A DNA stretch of 64,000 nt. It comes from Opitutus sp. GAS368. Lineage in GTDB: Bacteria; Verrucomicrobiota; Verrucomicrobiia; Opitutales; Opitutaceae. How positions within the stretch are numbered: position 1 is the stretch's first letter; each line of letters opens with the position of its first letter. The notes beneath the pieces were generated by a model. The model did no database searches, had not been told where the DNA came from, and saw only the letters and a program-made list of their open reading frames with translations. Of the stretch, positions 9,851-20,980 are shown in pieces. The position numbers and the translations under genes are program-made. The DNA lies in contig CAMBLN010000001.1 in assembly GCA_945868215.1 (NCBI GenBank), positions 5,424 to 69,423 of the forward strand, given 5' to 3'.

Positions 9851-11956
9851 TCAGGGTTGATGGGAGTTAAACATCCCACGCAAAACCGGGGGCGGCATTG
9901 AACAATTATCATTTAAATTGCTGCCAACCAATAATTCACCGCCTTCCACTAATTCTGCATGGCGCAGCCAGGCGCGGCCGAGGGGTTGTCCGTTCCAAAG
10001 AATGCCCCTCACGCTTTTATCGCGCCGGATGATCAAGCGCCTATTTTCCATGCCCACCTGCCAATTTACCACATCCACCAATGGCGGGATCACCAAGTAA
10101 ACATCCGTCCCCGTGACCGGGTAGATACCAGCTATGGCACCGATCGCAAAACTGCTCTGGCTCCCCATGTCTTCATTGTCCGAAAGCCCTGCGCGTCCCG
10201 GACGAAAATGCGCCTTGAGGCACGCGCGCACGTGCTCGGCGCTGCGCTCCGGTTGTCCCACCCAGTGGTAAAGCCAGGGCACGTGCAGGATAATCTCTTT
10301 CCACAGGAAAAAGCCCCGCGCCAGCACCGTGTCGAGGTGGCGCGCAAACGCCTCCGGTCCGCCGTGGCGCGCGATCAAGCCCGGGATGTCGTGCAACACC
10401 GTGAGCGCCCAGTCATGCGCCGTGCCTTCGTAATACCACGGGTCCGCCCAGAAATCGCGCCGCGCCGGCTCCCACGGATCGGCCGGTCCCGCCCACGCAC
10501 CATCTTCGCGGGCACGCGGCGCGAACACCTTCAAGTCGTCGCGCCACAGTTCCCACAACCGCGCGGACCGCGCGCGGGCTTCCGCCGCCACCGCTGGCTC
10601 TTCGAGCCGGTCGGCCAGGCGTGCGAGGCAATCGTCCTGAAACGCGTATTCAATCGTTCGTGACACACATTGGGGTATGTCGGCGGGCAGGTGACCGAGC
10701 GTGAAATAATCCGGATAACGCCCGAAGTAAAACGGATCCGGCGAAGGCGTCGCCCGCTCCTTCAACATGCGGGCCAGCGCGCGTCGCGCGTCGACGCCGG
10801 GCAGCTTTTTGAGCGCCGCTTCGAGGAACAATACGTCGCCCGAGGAGCCTCCCTGCACCTGCGCGCTTCGACCCATGACCCACGCGTCGGGCGACCAACC
10901 GGTGTGGTCGCCGATTTCCAGCAGCGCATTGACGAGATCCGCCTGCAACTGCGGACGCCACAGCGCTAAAAAACCATTGGCGTTCCGCACGCTGTCCCAG
11001 AGGCAGTAGAGGTTGTTAAACTGCCGCCCGCGGTTGGGAAACCACGGGCACTCGTCCATCCCGAGGTCGTCAGGCATGGCGAAGAGCCGGTAAAGCATCG
11101 TGTAGTAAAGCGAGCGCAGCGCCGGGTCCGAGGTCTCGATATCGAACGTTTCCAGCAACGCCTCCCACTCCCCCGCCCCTTCTTCCACAAGTGCGTCGAA
11201 GGCGCGCCCGGCCAGCTCGCGCTCGCGGTGCGCGCGGGCCTGGGCGACGCTCACGTAGGAAATGCCCACTTCAAGTTCCACCGTCGCGCCCGCCGGAAAC
11301 GCGGCCACGGCGAAGCAACCGGGGCCGTCAGCCCGGTCGGGATTGATCTGCACGCCGTTTTGCGCCCAGCGACGCAGCGGCTGCGAGCGCAACGCGGCCG
11401 AAAAATAAACCGTGTAAGGCTCATCGTGGCCCCACCCGCCGCGCAGCACGCCGTGACCTTCGCACACCCGGTCATCGCTCCACGCAATGCGCGCCTCGAC
11501 GCACTGCCCGGCGATGGCCGCGCAGGGATCGATCACGATATGCGGCGTCTCCAAGCCAAAGAACCCGGGATCTCCCGCGAAGCGGTAGCGATGGAGCGCA
11601 CCGTGCCTCGAGGTCGCCAGCTCGGCCGTGATGTCGCCCGGAGAAAGCTCCGCGAGGTAATGCCCCGGCCGCGCCTCTTCGCGGCGGATTTCAAACGCCA
11701 CGGGATTCAGGCGCGGGCGCTTCGCGCACGGCACGACGCCGATGTTGCCGTAGCGCCCCGCCCCACCCGTGCCGCTCACGTGCGTGTGGCTGAAACGCAG
11801 CAAACGCTCGCCGCCCGCGTAACCGGTGGGGTTCGGATTGGTCGTGTCCGGACCGGCGCGCACCGCCGAGAGCGGGCGATAAGGACCAGGCAAACAGGAA
11901 CCGAAACCATCGACGCCATGCAGGCAATCGACCGCATCACTACGAAGAGAAGACAT
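9851..11956 (-). CDS. GH92 alpha-mannosidase family glycoside hydrolase
   Basis: FSHTHVSGTGG, YYTMLYRLF, LWDSVRN, VSRTIEYAFQDDCLA, YYEGTAHDW, GLSDNEDMGSQS. No signal peptide. Confidence 0.85.
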   Translation of the reverse strand: MSSLRSDAVDCLHGVDGFGSCLPGPYRPLSAVRAGPDTTNPNPTGYAGGERLLRFSHTHVSGTGGAGRYGNIGVVPCAKRPRLNPVAFEIRREEARPGHYLAELSPGDITAELATSRHGALHRYRFAGDPGFFGLETPHIVIDPCAAIAGQCVEARIAWSDDRVCEGHGVLRGGWGHDEPYTVYFSAALRSQPLRRWAQNGVQINPDRADGPGCFAVAAFPAGATVELEVGISYVSVAQARAHRERELAGRAFDALVEEGAGEWEALLETFDIETSDPALRSLYYTMLYRLFAMPDDLGMDECPWFPNRGRQFNNLYCLWDSVRNANGFLALWRPQLQADLVNALLEIGDHTGWSPDAWVMGRSAQVQGGSSGDVLFLEAALKKLPGVDARRALARMLKERATPSPDPFYFGRYPDYFTLGHLPADIPQCVSRTIEYAFQDDCLARLADRLEEPAVAAEARARSARLWELWRDDLKVFAPRAREDGAWAGPADPWEPARRDFWADPWYYEGTAHDWALTVLHDIPGLIARHGGPEAFARHLDTVLARGFFLWKEIILHVPWLYHWVGQPERSAEHVRACLKAHFRPGRAGLSDNEDMGSQSSFAIGAIAGIYPVTGTDVYLVIPPLVDVVNWQVGMENRRLIIRRDKSVRGILWNGQPLGRAWLRHAELVEGGELLVGSNLNDNCSMPPPVLRGMFNSHQP

Positions 11957-11968
11957 AGGTTTTAAAAA

Positions 11969-14900
11969 TTAACGGGAAACGCGCAACCGCAGGAAACGAC
12001 GCGGTGCCTGCGCGGACACCGGCGTGCCGTCGCGCACGACCACCGTGTTGCCGGAGTCCGAAACCACGACCACGCCGGCCGAACTCCAGCCCGCCAGATC
12101 GCCGCCCGCCTCGACTGCGTAGGTGAGGCCAACCGTGTCGGCACGGCGCGTGTAGGTGAGCGTCAAATACGTTTGATTCGCGACCGTCGTCAGGCTCGTG
12201 ACCGGAGCGATGCCGCTGTTGGCAACCCCAGGGTCACCACCGGCCAGCGCGTATTCCAACAAATTGGGCAGTCCGTCGCGGTCCGGGTCGTCCGCATCGG
12301 CGGTGGCTGAACCGACGCCGGTCTGGCCGGCAATCCAGGCCGTGAACCCGGTGGGCAAAGAGATGCCCAGCGAGAAATCCGAAAAGGTGCGTGCGCCTCC
12401 GTCATTCGCGGTGAGCCGCAACACATAGGTGCCCGTCGCAGAGAAACTGACCGACGAGGTCGGCGAGGTCGCGTCGGCGAAGATCACGCCGCTCGGCCCC
12501 GATACCACGCTCCACGCAGTGGCGAGCGCGGAGCCGGTCGGCAGACCGTCGTCGGTCGCATCGCCAGCCAGCACGCCGGTGCCGGAGCCGGCGGGAATCG
12601 GATCGCGCAGCGAGGTGATCACGTCCGGCGCACGGTTGATCGCCGCGACCGACATCAGTGCAGGCAGGTCGGCCTCACCGATCAAGCGACTGAAGACGCG
12701 CACATCGTCGATCACGCCGACCCACGCCGCGTTGTTGTTGTTGCCCACGCGCAAAACGCTTGTCGCCACCTGCGTGCCGACCGGGGCGGTGATGCGCGTG
12801 ACGGTAACGGCACGCCCGTTGAAAAACACGAGCGGATTGTTGTTCACGTTCGACTGATCGTAGGAGACCGCGACATGGAACCATTCAGCACCGGGCAGAT
12901 CGACCTGCGCCTCCCACAAGCCGTCGGTTGAACGATCGGAGAAGATACGCAGGCGCTTGGAGTTCGCGGCTTGGTAAACGCGGAAACGAGCAGTGGAGCC
13001 ATCGCGCCACGCGAACAGGTGGCGGTCGTTGGTCGCGCCGGGTGAACCGACCAGACGAGCCCACGCCGCGAAGGTGGCCTGCGCCGGCATGGAGAACGAC
13101 GTGAGGTCGCCGTAATTCGCATTGGTTCCGGCGAGGTCGAGCGCACCGCCGTCGTAGCCACTCGCCCCGATGCCGGCACCGGCGAGAGCCAGTGCGCGAT
13201 CGTTGCCCGAGCTGTCGGCGGCTGATGTGATGCCAGTAATCTCGTCGAGTTTCCAATGTGCATAGAGCGCGTTCGCCGTATCGGTCGTCGCCGCAGTCTC
13301 GACGTAAACCACCACGTCGATCGACGCGCTCGCCGTGCCATCCGATACCGTGAGCCTCAGATGGTGACGGCCGGCCGCGGCAAACGTAACCGAGGTCGCT
13401 ACCGCGGTGGCGTCCGTAAAATTCGCCGCACCCGGACCGGAGACGAGCGTCCATTGCGCGGTCAGTGTTCCGCCCGACGGCAGGCCGTCATCGGCCACCG
13501 CCACGGTGAGGTGCAGCGCGTCCGTGCGGTCCGGGAGTTCCACGACGCGATTGGCCGGCTCGACCACCGTGAGTTGCGGCGCGCGGTTGAGCACAATCGT
13601 GAAAGATTGCGCCGTCGCTTCGAGTCCATCGCTGACCTGTAACACCACCGGATGCGCGGAGATTGTGGTGTCGGGTGCGACCCCGGCGAGCGTGGCGGTG
13701 CCGTTGCCATTATTGGTGAGCGTGAGCCAGGACGGCAGCGTGGACGCGGAGAAACTTAACCGGTGTCCGTCGGCGTCGCTTCCGGCGACCATGTAGCCGT
13801 AAGTCTGCCCCGCCACCGCCGTCGTTATCGGCGTGCTGGTGAAGGTCGGCACGGTGTTGACACCGCCCGCCGGCAACACGGTCAACGCGAAGTTTTGCGG
13901 AACAGCCGTGGTGCCATCAGTGACCTGCAGCGCGACATCATAGGTGCCTGACGCGGGAGGCGTGCCGGTGAGCGTCGCGATGCCGTTGGCCCCGGCGCTC
14001 AACGTCAGCCAAGCCGGCTTGGTCGGCGCGGTGATCGTCAATGTGTCGTTGTCGGCATCGGTCGCGACGACGCCATAGGTGTAGGCGGTCCCGGCGGTGC
14101 CGAGGAGCGGAGGCGTGCTGGCAAAGCTGGGTGCACTGGGGGCATTCGCAGCGGTGAGCTCGCTTAGGTTGGTGGTCGAGAAATCGCCCGGCAATCCCGT
14201 CGTGACTCGCGAGAGGCCGGTAACGACCGGATAACCGGTGGCGCAGTTCAGCCAGGTGATCGTGATGACGCCGTTGTCGAACAGTTCGACCTGCGCGTTA
14301 TAGCGCTGGTTGGCGTTGAAGGCGACGACGAGGTTATTGTAGGTGACGACCGTGCGCGCGGTGGCTCCAGTCCCGAGTCGGCCCGCGTAGATGGTCGTGG
14401 TGCCAAGCGTGGCCTTCAGGTCGTAAACAAAGAGCGAGATACGCTTCCGTGTGAAATGCGTCGCCAGCTCACCGCTGAAGCGGGTGTCGCTTGAATCAAA
14501 CGTGATGTAGCCATTGGTGCCGACGTAGATCGTGGAGAAGCTCTCCCCGTAAAAGAGAGCCGGCTGGCTGACCGTATAAAAACTGTCATCCAACGTCGCG
14601 GTGACAAGCTGCGTGCCGGTGTTCGTCGGATTGGGAAAAGCCGTCGCTGTGGAAATCGCCCCGGCGTAGTGATTCACCGAACCGTCGGGCGTAAGCGTGA
14701 GCCGGCGTCCATTCAGATCGAAGGCGGTGTCGACCTGGTCGTAGCTGAAGAGTTGGGTGAAATATACGGGCACATCGTCGTCACTGATGATGAGCGTGGC
14801 CGCGGAGGCCCCGCCTAAGACATAGCCCGACTGGGCCGTCACGGTGGCGATGACGGTCTCGGAGCCCTCCTGCGCGGTGTCGTTGACCGGTGTGACGGTG

Positions 14901-17900
14901 AGGAACGCCTGCGCCTCGCCGGCCGGGATCGTGAGCGTGCCCGCTCCGGTGGCCGAGTTATAGCTCAAGCCCGGACCGGTGAGCGTATAATCGCCGGATA
15001 GCGCGGCCGCGCCTGAAAGCTGGAACGCGACCGTCTGTGCTGCGGCGTAGGAGCCGAGGCCGGTGCGAGTGAATTGAAAGCGGCCCGCGACCGGGCCGGT
15101 CTCGGTCGGAAGACCGCTGGAAAGGACGGAAATCACCGGTTGGTCGTTGTCGGTGATGGCGACCGTGATGTTGCCCACCGTGACGCCGGCGTAGTTGCCG
15201 GACTCCGACACCGTGTGCGCGAGCACGCCGGTGTGCGCGCCTTCGCCGGCCGTGTCGTCCACGGCGCGGAGCGTGACGGTCTGCGGCGTAGCCCAATTAA
15301 CCGGCGTGAAGGTCAAGGTTGTCTTGTCGGTGGCAAGTTGAGTTCCGGACGCGAGGGTCACCGTGACATCCGCGGTCGGCGCAAGGGAAAGCGCGACCGT
15401 GTAGGTGACCGCAGCGCCGCCTTCGGCCACAGTCCAGCCGGCAGCGGGCGCGAGCAGACGAACACGCGGGATGGTGGGCGTGGCGCGGACGATCTGCACG
15501 GCATTGAGTCCGGTGACCTGGGCGGTGGCCGGATTCTGGCGCTCCGCGCTCACCGTGAACGAGCCCGCGGTGAGATTGCGGAACACCACGTAGTTGCCCA
15601 GCAGCGCATCGTTTCCGGCGGTGGCCGTCGTGGCCGTGGCCTCACGGTAGCCGACCCAGGTGTCGTAGTTGGGATAATCACCGATTGAGTCCGCGCTCGA
15701 CAGCGAGTTTTTGCCGTAGATCGAGGGCACGGTGGAGCCGTCGTCCGGCACGCACTGAAACTGGATGGGGGTGATGTCTTTGACGTTGTTGTTGCGCAGA
15801 TCGAAGTAGACGTAGACGTCGTATTGCTCGTAGGGAATATTGGATACAATCGCATTGGGGCGCCGGGCCTCGTCATTGCGAATCTCCAGCAAGCCACGGA
15901 AGAGGCGACCCGGCCCGGTGGTCGTATCCGCATTGGTGGAGCCGTCACCGTAGTTGTTATTGACGGTGCCCTGCCAGGTGACGGCAACGGCCGTAGTCGC
16001 GCCCGTCCCGTCGAGCAGGCCGGACAGCGAGGCGTTAAGCGTGGTCGCGTTGTTCCAGTTGGACTGCGGGTAAACCGCGCCGGCGACATCGCTCACATAC
16101 ATTGTCGCACCGTTGGCGGCCTCGGGGTTGAAGTTGATGCCGATGCTCGGCTGCGGAGCGGGGCTGACGACCGCGACATTGACCAGCGCCGTGGCGGTGG
16201 TCCGCCCGACATTATCGTAGGCGAGCGCTTGAAGCTGGCGGGCACCCACCGAGACCTTCGGCCAGACGACCGAGTAAGGCGCCGTGGCGTCCTGTCCGAT
16301 GTAGCTGCCGTCGGCAAAAAACACCACGCGGGCAATACCATCCGTATCGGTGGCCGTCGCTTCGACGAGGACGTCGGAATTGACCAGGAATTGGCTGCCA
16401 TCCAGAGGCTGCACCAACTCGACCACCGGAGCGGCATTCACCGCCGGGTCCACCCGGGTAAAGCTTTCAGCCGGGATAAGCGTCCGATCCGTCGTGAGCG
16501 TGCTCCACGCGAGTTCGAGTTTTTCGGAGCCGTCCTTGTGGAAGAACTCCACGCGGAAAGCGTGCTTGCCGGTCTGCAACCAAAGCGATCCTACCGACTC
16601 GACTTCGACGGTCTTGATGGCGCTGTTGTCGATCACGACCTGCCCTCCGATGAGCAAACGAGCGCCATCTTCGCAGTTGAGATGAAACCGGTAGATCCCG
16701 TCGGTAGGCGCTTGAATAAAGCCCTCGAAGACGAAAGCGAAGTTGTCGTTACGATCCCGCGGTGCGATGCTCACGGTGGACACGGTGCCTTCGCGCTTGG
16801 GGAGAAGCGTGTTAAAATCGGGCAAGGAGGTGAACACGCTTTCGTAATAACGATAGCTCACGCCGGCCAGCGTGCCGGCAGGTGTGTCGGCGGCGCGTTG
16901 CGTCTGGGCACCCACGTTGACCCAGGCCTTGGCTCGCGTGGTGTTGCCCTTCATGTCGCTAATCGTGCACGTCACCAAGTAGAGTCCGGCCGTCGGCCAG
17001 GTCGGTGACTGCGTGGCGGAGTTGGTCAGCGAGTAACGCCCATCGCCGAAATCCCAATCGTAAGCGAGCGCGTCGCCGTCCGCATCCGTCGCGTTGACCG
17101 TCATCGCGACCGAGCCGCCTACGGAGACGGTGTAAACCGATTCGGTGAATGCGGCAACCGGGGCGTTGGCGGACGTGCCGCCGTAGTTGACCACCACATC
17201 CATCCATTCGTGCGTGACCGAACCCGAGGATGTGGAGCCACGGGCGATAGGCGTCACGTGGAAACCGCCGTAGAGCTGGGCGCCGTTGACGTTTGGCCCT
17301 TCGCTATAAGTGCGTCCGATCTTGATCGAGCTGTCGTCGTCGTCGCCGACGGTGCGGGAATACGGGGTGGTGTCTATGCGGTGGCTGCCCGACCCCAGCC
17401 CGGAGTGAACCGTGATCGCGTTACGGTTCCAGTCGGTGCGAGAGATACCGCCATCGGTGCCTGGGAGGTGCCCAAAACCCAGAAACACCCGTTTGGGATC
17501 CGTGAAGCTCGACATCGGGAGCAGGAGTGCGCGCACCTTCGCGGTGGCGTTGCGCGAATCGGCATCAATGTAGTCGTAAAGTCGATACGTCCCGCTTGAG
17601 GTCACGTCCAGAACCTCGCCGCGCGAGCGCTCGATAAAGCCGAGCTCCTCGCGAAAGAGCGTATTGAAGCCCGACTGCCCGTTATTGCCCCCCATCAGGT
17701 CCCAGCCGTCCTGGTATTCGGCGCTATCGCCAGTGGAGGAGCGCCCAGGCGCGCCTTGGGGGACAACCCAGGCATTGGCGTGAACCACGCCCCAGTTGTG
17801 GCCCCACTCATGCTCGGCCACGCCCCCGGAGAGGCTGCCGCCGGTCCACGAAAAACGCCCGCCCACGTAGGCGAGACCCGTGGAGCCGATAAGTTTTGTA

Positions 17901-18417
17901 TTAGACATGACCACCTGCCGGTCGAAATTGCTGTAATCGCGCACACCGCCCGCCGCGTAATCCCCTCCGAGTGCACGGGCCGCCGCCAGGAGTCCACCTG
18001 CAGTGTCCCGAAGCTGTTCAGGTATTGGGCGCTCGTTTTTGGCAGACGCATCACGGGCGTCACCACCAGGCGCTCGATATCGAGGCCGTTGCGGCGCTTG
18101 GGACCGAACCACGTCTGACGATAACTGCTGTTGTAATAGTTCTGCGAGGCGGTGTTGAGCTGGGTGTTAAACGTCGAATACGTCGGGGCGTTGCTCCACG
18201 CCGCGCCGTCACTCGGCTCGACCAGAAACACGATCACAGTCTTCGGCCCCTTCTCGTGGCTAAAGGTCCCTGTATATTCGTTGTAAAGCTCGGTCGGCGG
18301 CGCGGACGAGGTCGGAGGACTCGCCGGGTCAAAAGTCAGCGGCGTCTGCGCGCGCAGAACGGACAAAGCGGACAACCACACAACGGCGACGATAAGAAGG
18401 AACAAGCGACGTTTCAC
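11969..18417 (-). pseudogene. Frameshifted ~2149-aa secreted multidomain zinc metalloprotease (M11/gametolysin-like HEWGH; PKD, PA14, Ig/Big, Calx-beta-like, He_PIG Ig repeats, LamG; Verrucomicrobia-type C-terminal domain)
   Basis: ORF 17695..18417 carries the signal peptide (MKRRLFLLIVAVVWLSALSVLRA) and ORF 11969..18112 carries HEWGHNWG (17798-17812) and the rest. Inserting one base near 17990 joins them as ...TLQVDS-LAAARALGG.... The tail reads DGLPNLLEYALAGGDP...RRFLRLRV. The lesion could be a sequencing error. Confidence 0.75.
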
Positions 18418-19286
18418 GGAGTGGCGAGAGTTTTGAGCTGAAGCGAAAGGGCTGTGGCGTCCGCGACCGACATCGTGCGTCCGCGGTAAAAAACATCGAA
18501 CCCCGCGCCCGAGACGGCGGGTTGCACGACCACGTCGTCTTCGTGCAAGGCGATCAGGCCATCGAGGGCGACGCCGTAAAGGGACGCGTTTTCCTCCGTC
18601 AAACGACGGCCGCGCGCGCCATAGATCGACGCGGCGAACACTTCATCCCCAAGGATGACATCGTGATCGATGCGGCAATCGGCGGAGTGGCCGTCCCCGA
18701 GTTCGGCCCCGTGGTTGCAGGTGGCGCGGACGCCGTAGAAACCTTCCGCGGCGACCACGCGCTCCAGCCGCGACGACCACTCGGCGGGCAACAACGCGCG
18801 TTGCGCAGACGACGGACTCAACAACAAGGCCGCCTCCGGATCACGGTGCGCCAGCTCGGGCCACGCGGCGCGACGCGCCTCGAGCAACCCCTTGCCTTCG
18901 TCCAGCAACGCCGCGCGGGCATCGAGCCGGGCCTGCCCGTAGCGGTTCATCCAGTCGGCAAACGCCATGAAGACCGCCGGCACTTCGCGGCGGAACGCCA
19001 CCGTTTCGACGGTCGACGCCTCTGGTGGCAGGGGGCGCCGGTCCACGCCCAAGGTGGTGCGCACGTGCAAGACACTGCGCTCCAGCAAAGCCATCGCCGG
19101 AGCAGATACGGTGACGCCGGCCGTGGAACCGGGTCCAGTTACGTTCGTTTGGGCCGGCACGGTCGTGCCCCCTGAGGACGGCGTCGAGCTCTCAAACCAC
19201 TCCCACGTCCGCCCAAGCATGAGCATCAAAACGCCCACGAATAACAATACACCGACCACCACCAGACTACGGGTCTTCACAGTCAC
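18414..19286 (-). CDS. Membrane-anchored protein resembling the N-terminal pro-region of Verrucomicrobial metalloproteases
   Basis: N-terminal TM helix; AFADW...EGKGLLEARRAAWPELAHRDPEAALLL...LPAEWSSRLERVV motif. Its TGA overlaps the GTG of the protease gene (GTGA coupling). Confidence 0.65.
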   Translation of the reverse strand: MTVKTRSLVVVGVLLFVGVLMLMLGRTWEWFESSTPSSGGTTVPAQTNVTGPGSTAGVTVSAPAMALLERSVLHVRTTLGVDRRPLPPEASTVETVAFRREVPAVFMAFADWMNRYGQARLDARAALLDEGKGLLEARRAAWPELAHRDPEAALLLSPSSAQRALLPAEWSSRLERVVAAEGFYGVRATCNHGAELGDGHSADCRIDHDVILGDEVFAASIYGARGRRLTEENASLYGVALDGLIALHEDDVVVQPAVSGAGFDVFYRGRTMSVADATALSLQLKTLATP

Positions 19287-19408
19287 TCCCGTTTTTGTGG
19301 CTTAGAACGCACCTCGGTGTCGGCGAGGGCACGCGAAACGGACACCGCGAAGAGTGCTTGGGGCAAAGAATGTCTGCAAAGCTACACCATCCGGCACGGC
19401 TCGTCTAG

Positions 19409-19420
19409 TAAAACGTTACA
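19409..19420. promoter_or_regulatory. Putative operator TAAAACGTTACA
   Basis: Lies in the divergent intergenic region between the protease operon and the GH10 gene; the reverse complement TGTAACGTTTTA matches the consensus. Confidence 0.45.
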
Positions 19421-19554
19421 TTACCAAAAACCCAATCACATACCGGGGGCTTTGCGAATAAACGGAGCTTGCTCCAGTGGCAAAGGCACCGATCCGGTGG
19501 ATTAGGCGTGCGTTCAATCCTCCAATTACTACAAGGTTTTATCCGATTTACCCT

Positions 19555-20970
19555 ATGAATTCTCCCACCGGTGAAGAATGGAAACAGATGGACGCCGTCG
19601 CCCGCGGCTACGACCCGACCGGCTTTGGCCCGGTTTTGGACGAGGCACGCACCCGCATCCGCCGCATCCGCTGCCAAGACGCCGATTTGCACTTGGTTGA
19701 TTCAAGCGGCCACCCGATTCCGGGACTGACAATCGAACTGGAACAGACGCGCTCCGCCTTCCAGTGGGGCGAACAGCTCTGGGGGCTCGATACGCTTTTC
19801 CGTCACGGCTTCGCCGACACCGACCGGGTGCGCCACCTCACCCGGCGTTTTACCGACTGTCTCAACTCCGCCAACTGCCTCAGCTACTGGACCGAGGCTC
19901 CGCGCAACGACGGTCCCAAACACATGGAGTTTCAGGGCGAGGATCACCTTGACGGACTTCAGGCACAAGTGGACTGGGCCTTGCAAAATGGCCTCACGCC
20001 CAAGGGTCACCCGATTTTTTGGTCCCTCGCCAAAGCCTACCCCGAGTGGCTGAAGCGCTACCCGATGGACACGCAGTGGAAGTTCATCGAGGTGCGCGTG
20101 CGCAACCTCGTCGCGCGCTTCAAAGGCAAAATAAAACTCTGGGACGTGATCAACGAACCCATGTGGGAAGCCGCGCCGAAAAACCTCCCGCACCGCCACT
20201 GGCCGCACCTCGAAACGCTCGACGACATCTGTGACTACATCGTCCCCGTCCTCCGCTGGGCGCGCGAAGAGGACCCGTCGGCCCAATTTATCGTCAACGA
20301 CTACGGCATGGAGCTCGACCCCGCCGACTGGGTCATCCGTCACAAAGACGGCCACCCCGTCACCGCCAAGAGCCAGCGCGACCGTTTCGTCGCGCTCTTT
20401 CGCCGCCTGCGCGAGATCGGCGCCGCCCCCGACGGCCTGGGCATGCAGGCCCACACCGGCACATGGATGACCCCCGCCGAGCAACACTCCATCCTCGACG
20501 AGTTCGCCGAATCCGGCACGCGCCTGCACTACACCGAATTCTGGGCCGAGGACAAACACCTGCACGGCGCGAAGCTCGCCCCCGATTTGATCGACCGCCT
20601 GAAGGCCGAATACGTGGCCAACATCATGACCGTCGCCTTCGCCCACCCCGCCGTGGATTCGTTCTACTTCTGGGGCGAAATCAGCAAGAGCTTCGGCTTT
20701 AAAACCGATCACAACAGCGGCGGCATTCCCACCTCGAGCCACACCCCCACCGTCGTTTACGAGCGCGTGCGCAAGCTCCTCCGCGAGGAGTGGATGACCC
20801 GCGAAACGCTGCGCAGCGACGCCGACGGGCGCGTGCGCTTCCGGGGCTTCCTCGGCGATTATCAACTTCGTTACCGCATCGCCGCCGACATGCCCGCAGC
20901 GACCACGTTCACGCTTTCGGCCGACACCTCCGGGCAGCGTCGTCTCGTGCTCCACCGTCCGCGCGCGTAA
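19555..20970 (+). CDS. GH10 family glycoside hydrolase (xylanase-like fold), cytoplasmic
   Basis: KGHP, WDVINEP (acid/base), VNDYG, GLGMQAH, HYTEF (nucleophile). Probable start is the ATG at 19555. No signal peptide. Confidence 0.8.
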   Translation: MNSPTGEEWKQMDAVARGYDPTGFGPVLDEARTRIRRIRCQDADLHLVDSSGHPIPGLTIELEQTRSAFQWGEQLWGLDTLFRHGFADTDRVRHLTRRFTDCLNSANCLSYWTEAPRNDGPKHMEFQGEDHLDGLQAQVDWALQNGLTPKGHPIFWSLAKAYPEWLKRYPMDTQWKFIEVRVRNLVARFKGKIKLWDVINEPMWEAAPKNLPHRHWPHLETLDDICDYIVPVLRWAREEDPSAQFIVNDYGMELDPADWVIRHKDGHPVTAKSQRDRFVALFRRLREIGAAPDGLGMQAHTGTWMTPAEQHSILDEFAESGTRLHYTEFWAEDKHLHGAKLAPDLIDRLKAEYVANIMTVAFAHPAVDSFYFWGEISKSFGFKTDHNSGGIPTSSHTPTVVYERVRKLLREEWMTRETLRSDADGRVRFRGFLGDYQLRYRIAADMPAATTFTLSADTSGQRRLVLHRPRA

Positions 20971-20980
20971 TCACCGCCGC

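Noticed and set aside
17980-18000. Programmed ribosomal frameshift in the protease gene
   Set aside because: There is no slippery heptamer or obvious stimulatory structure at the junction; a 1-nt deletion or error is simpler.
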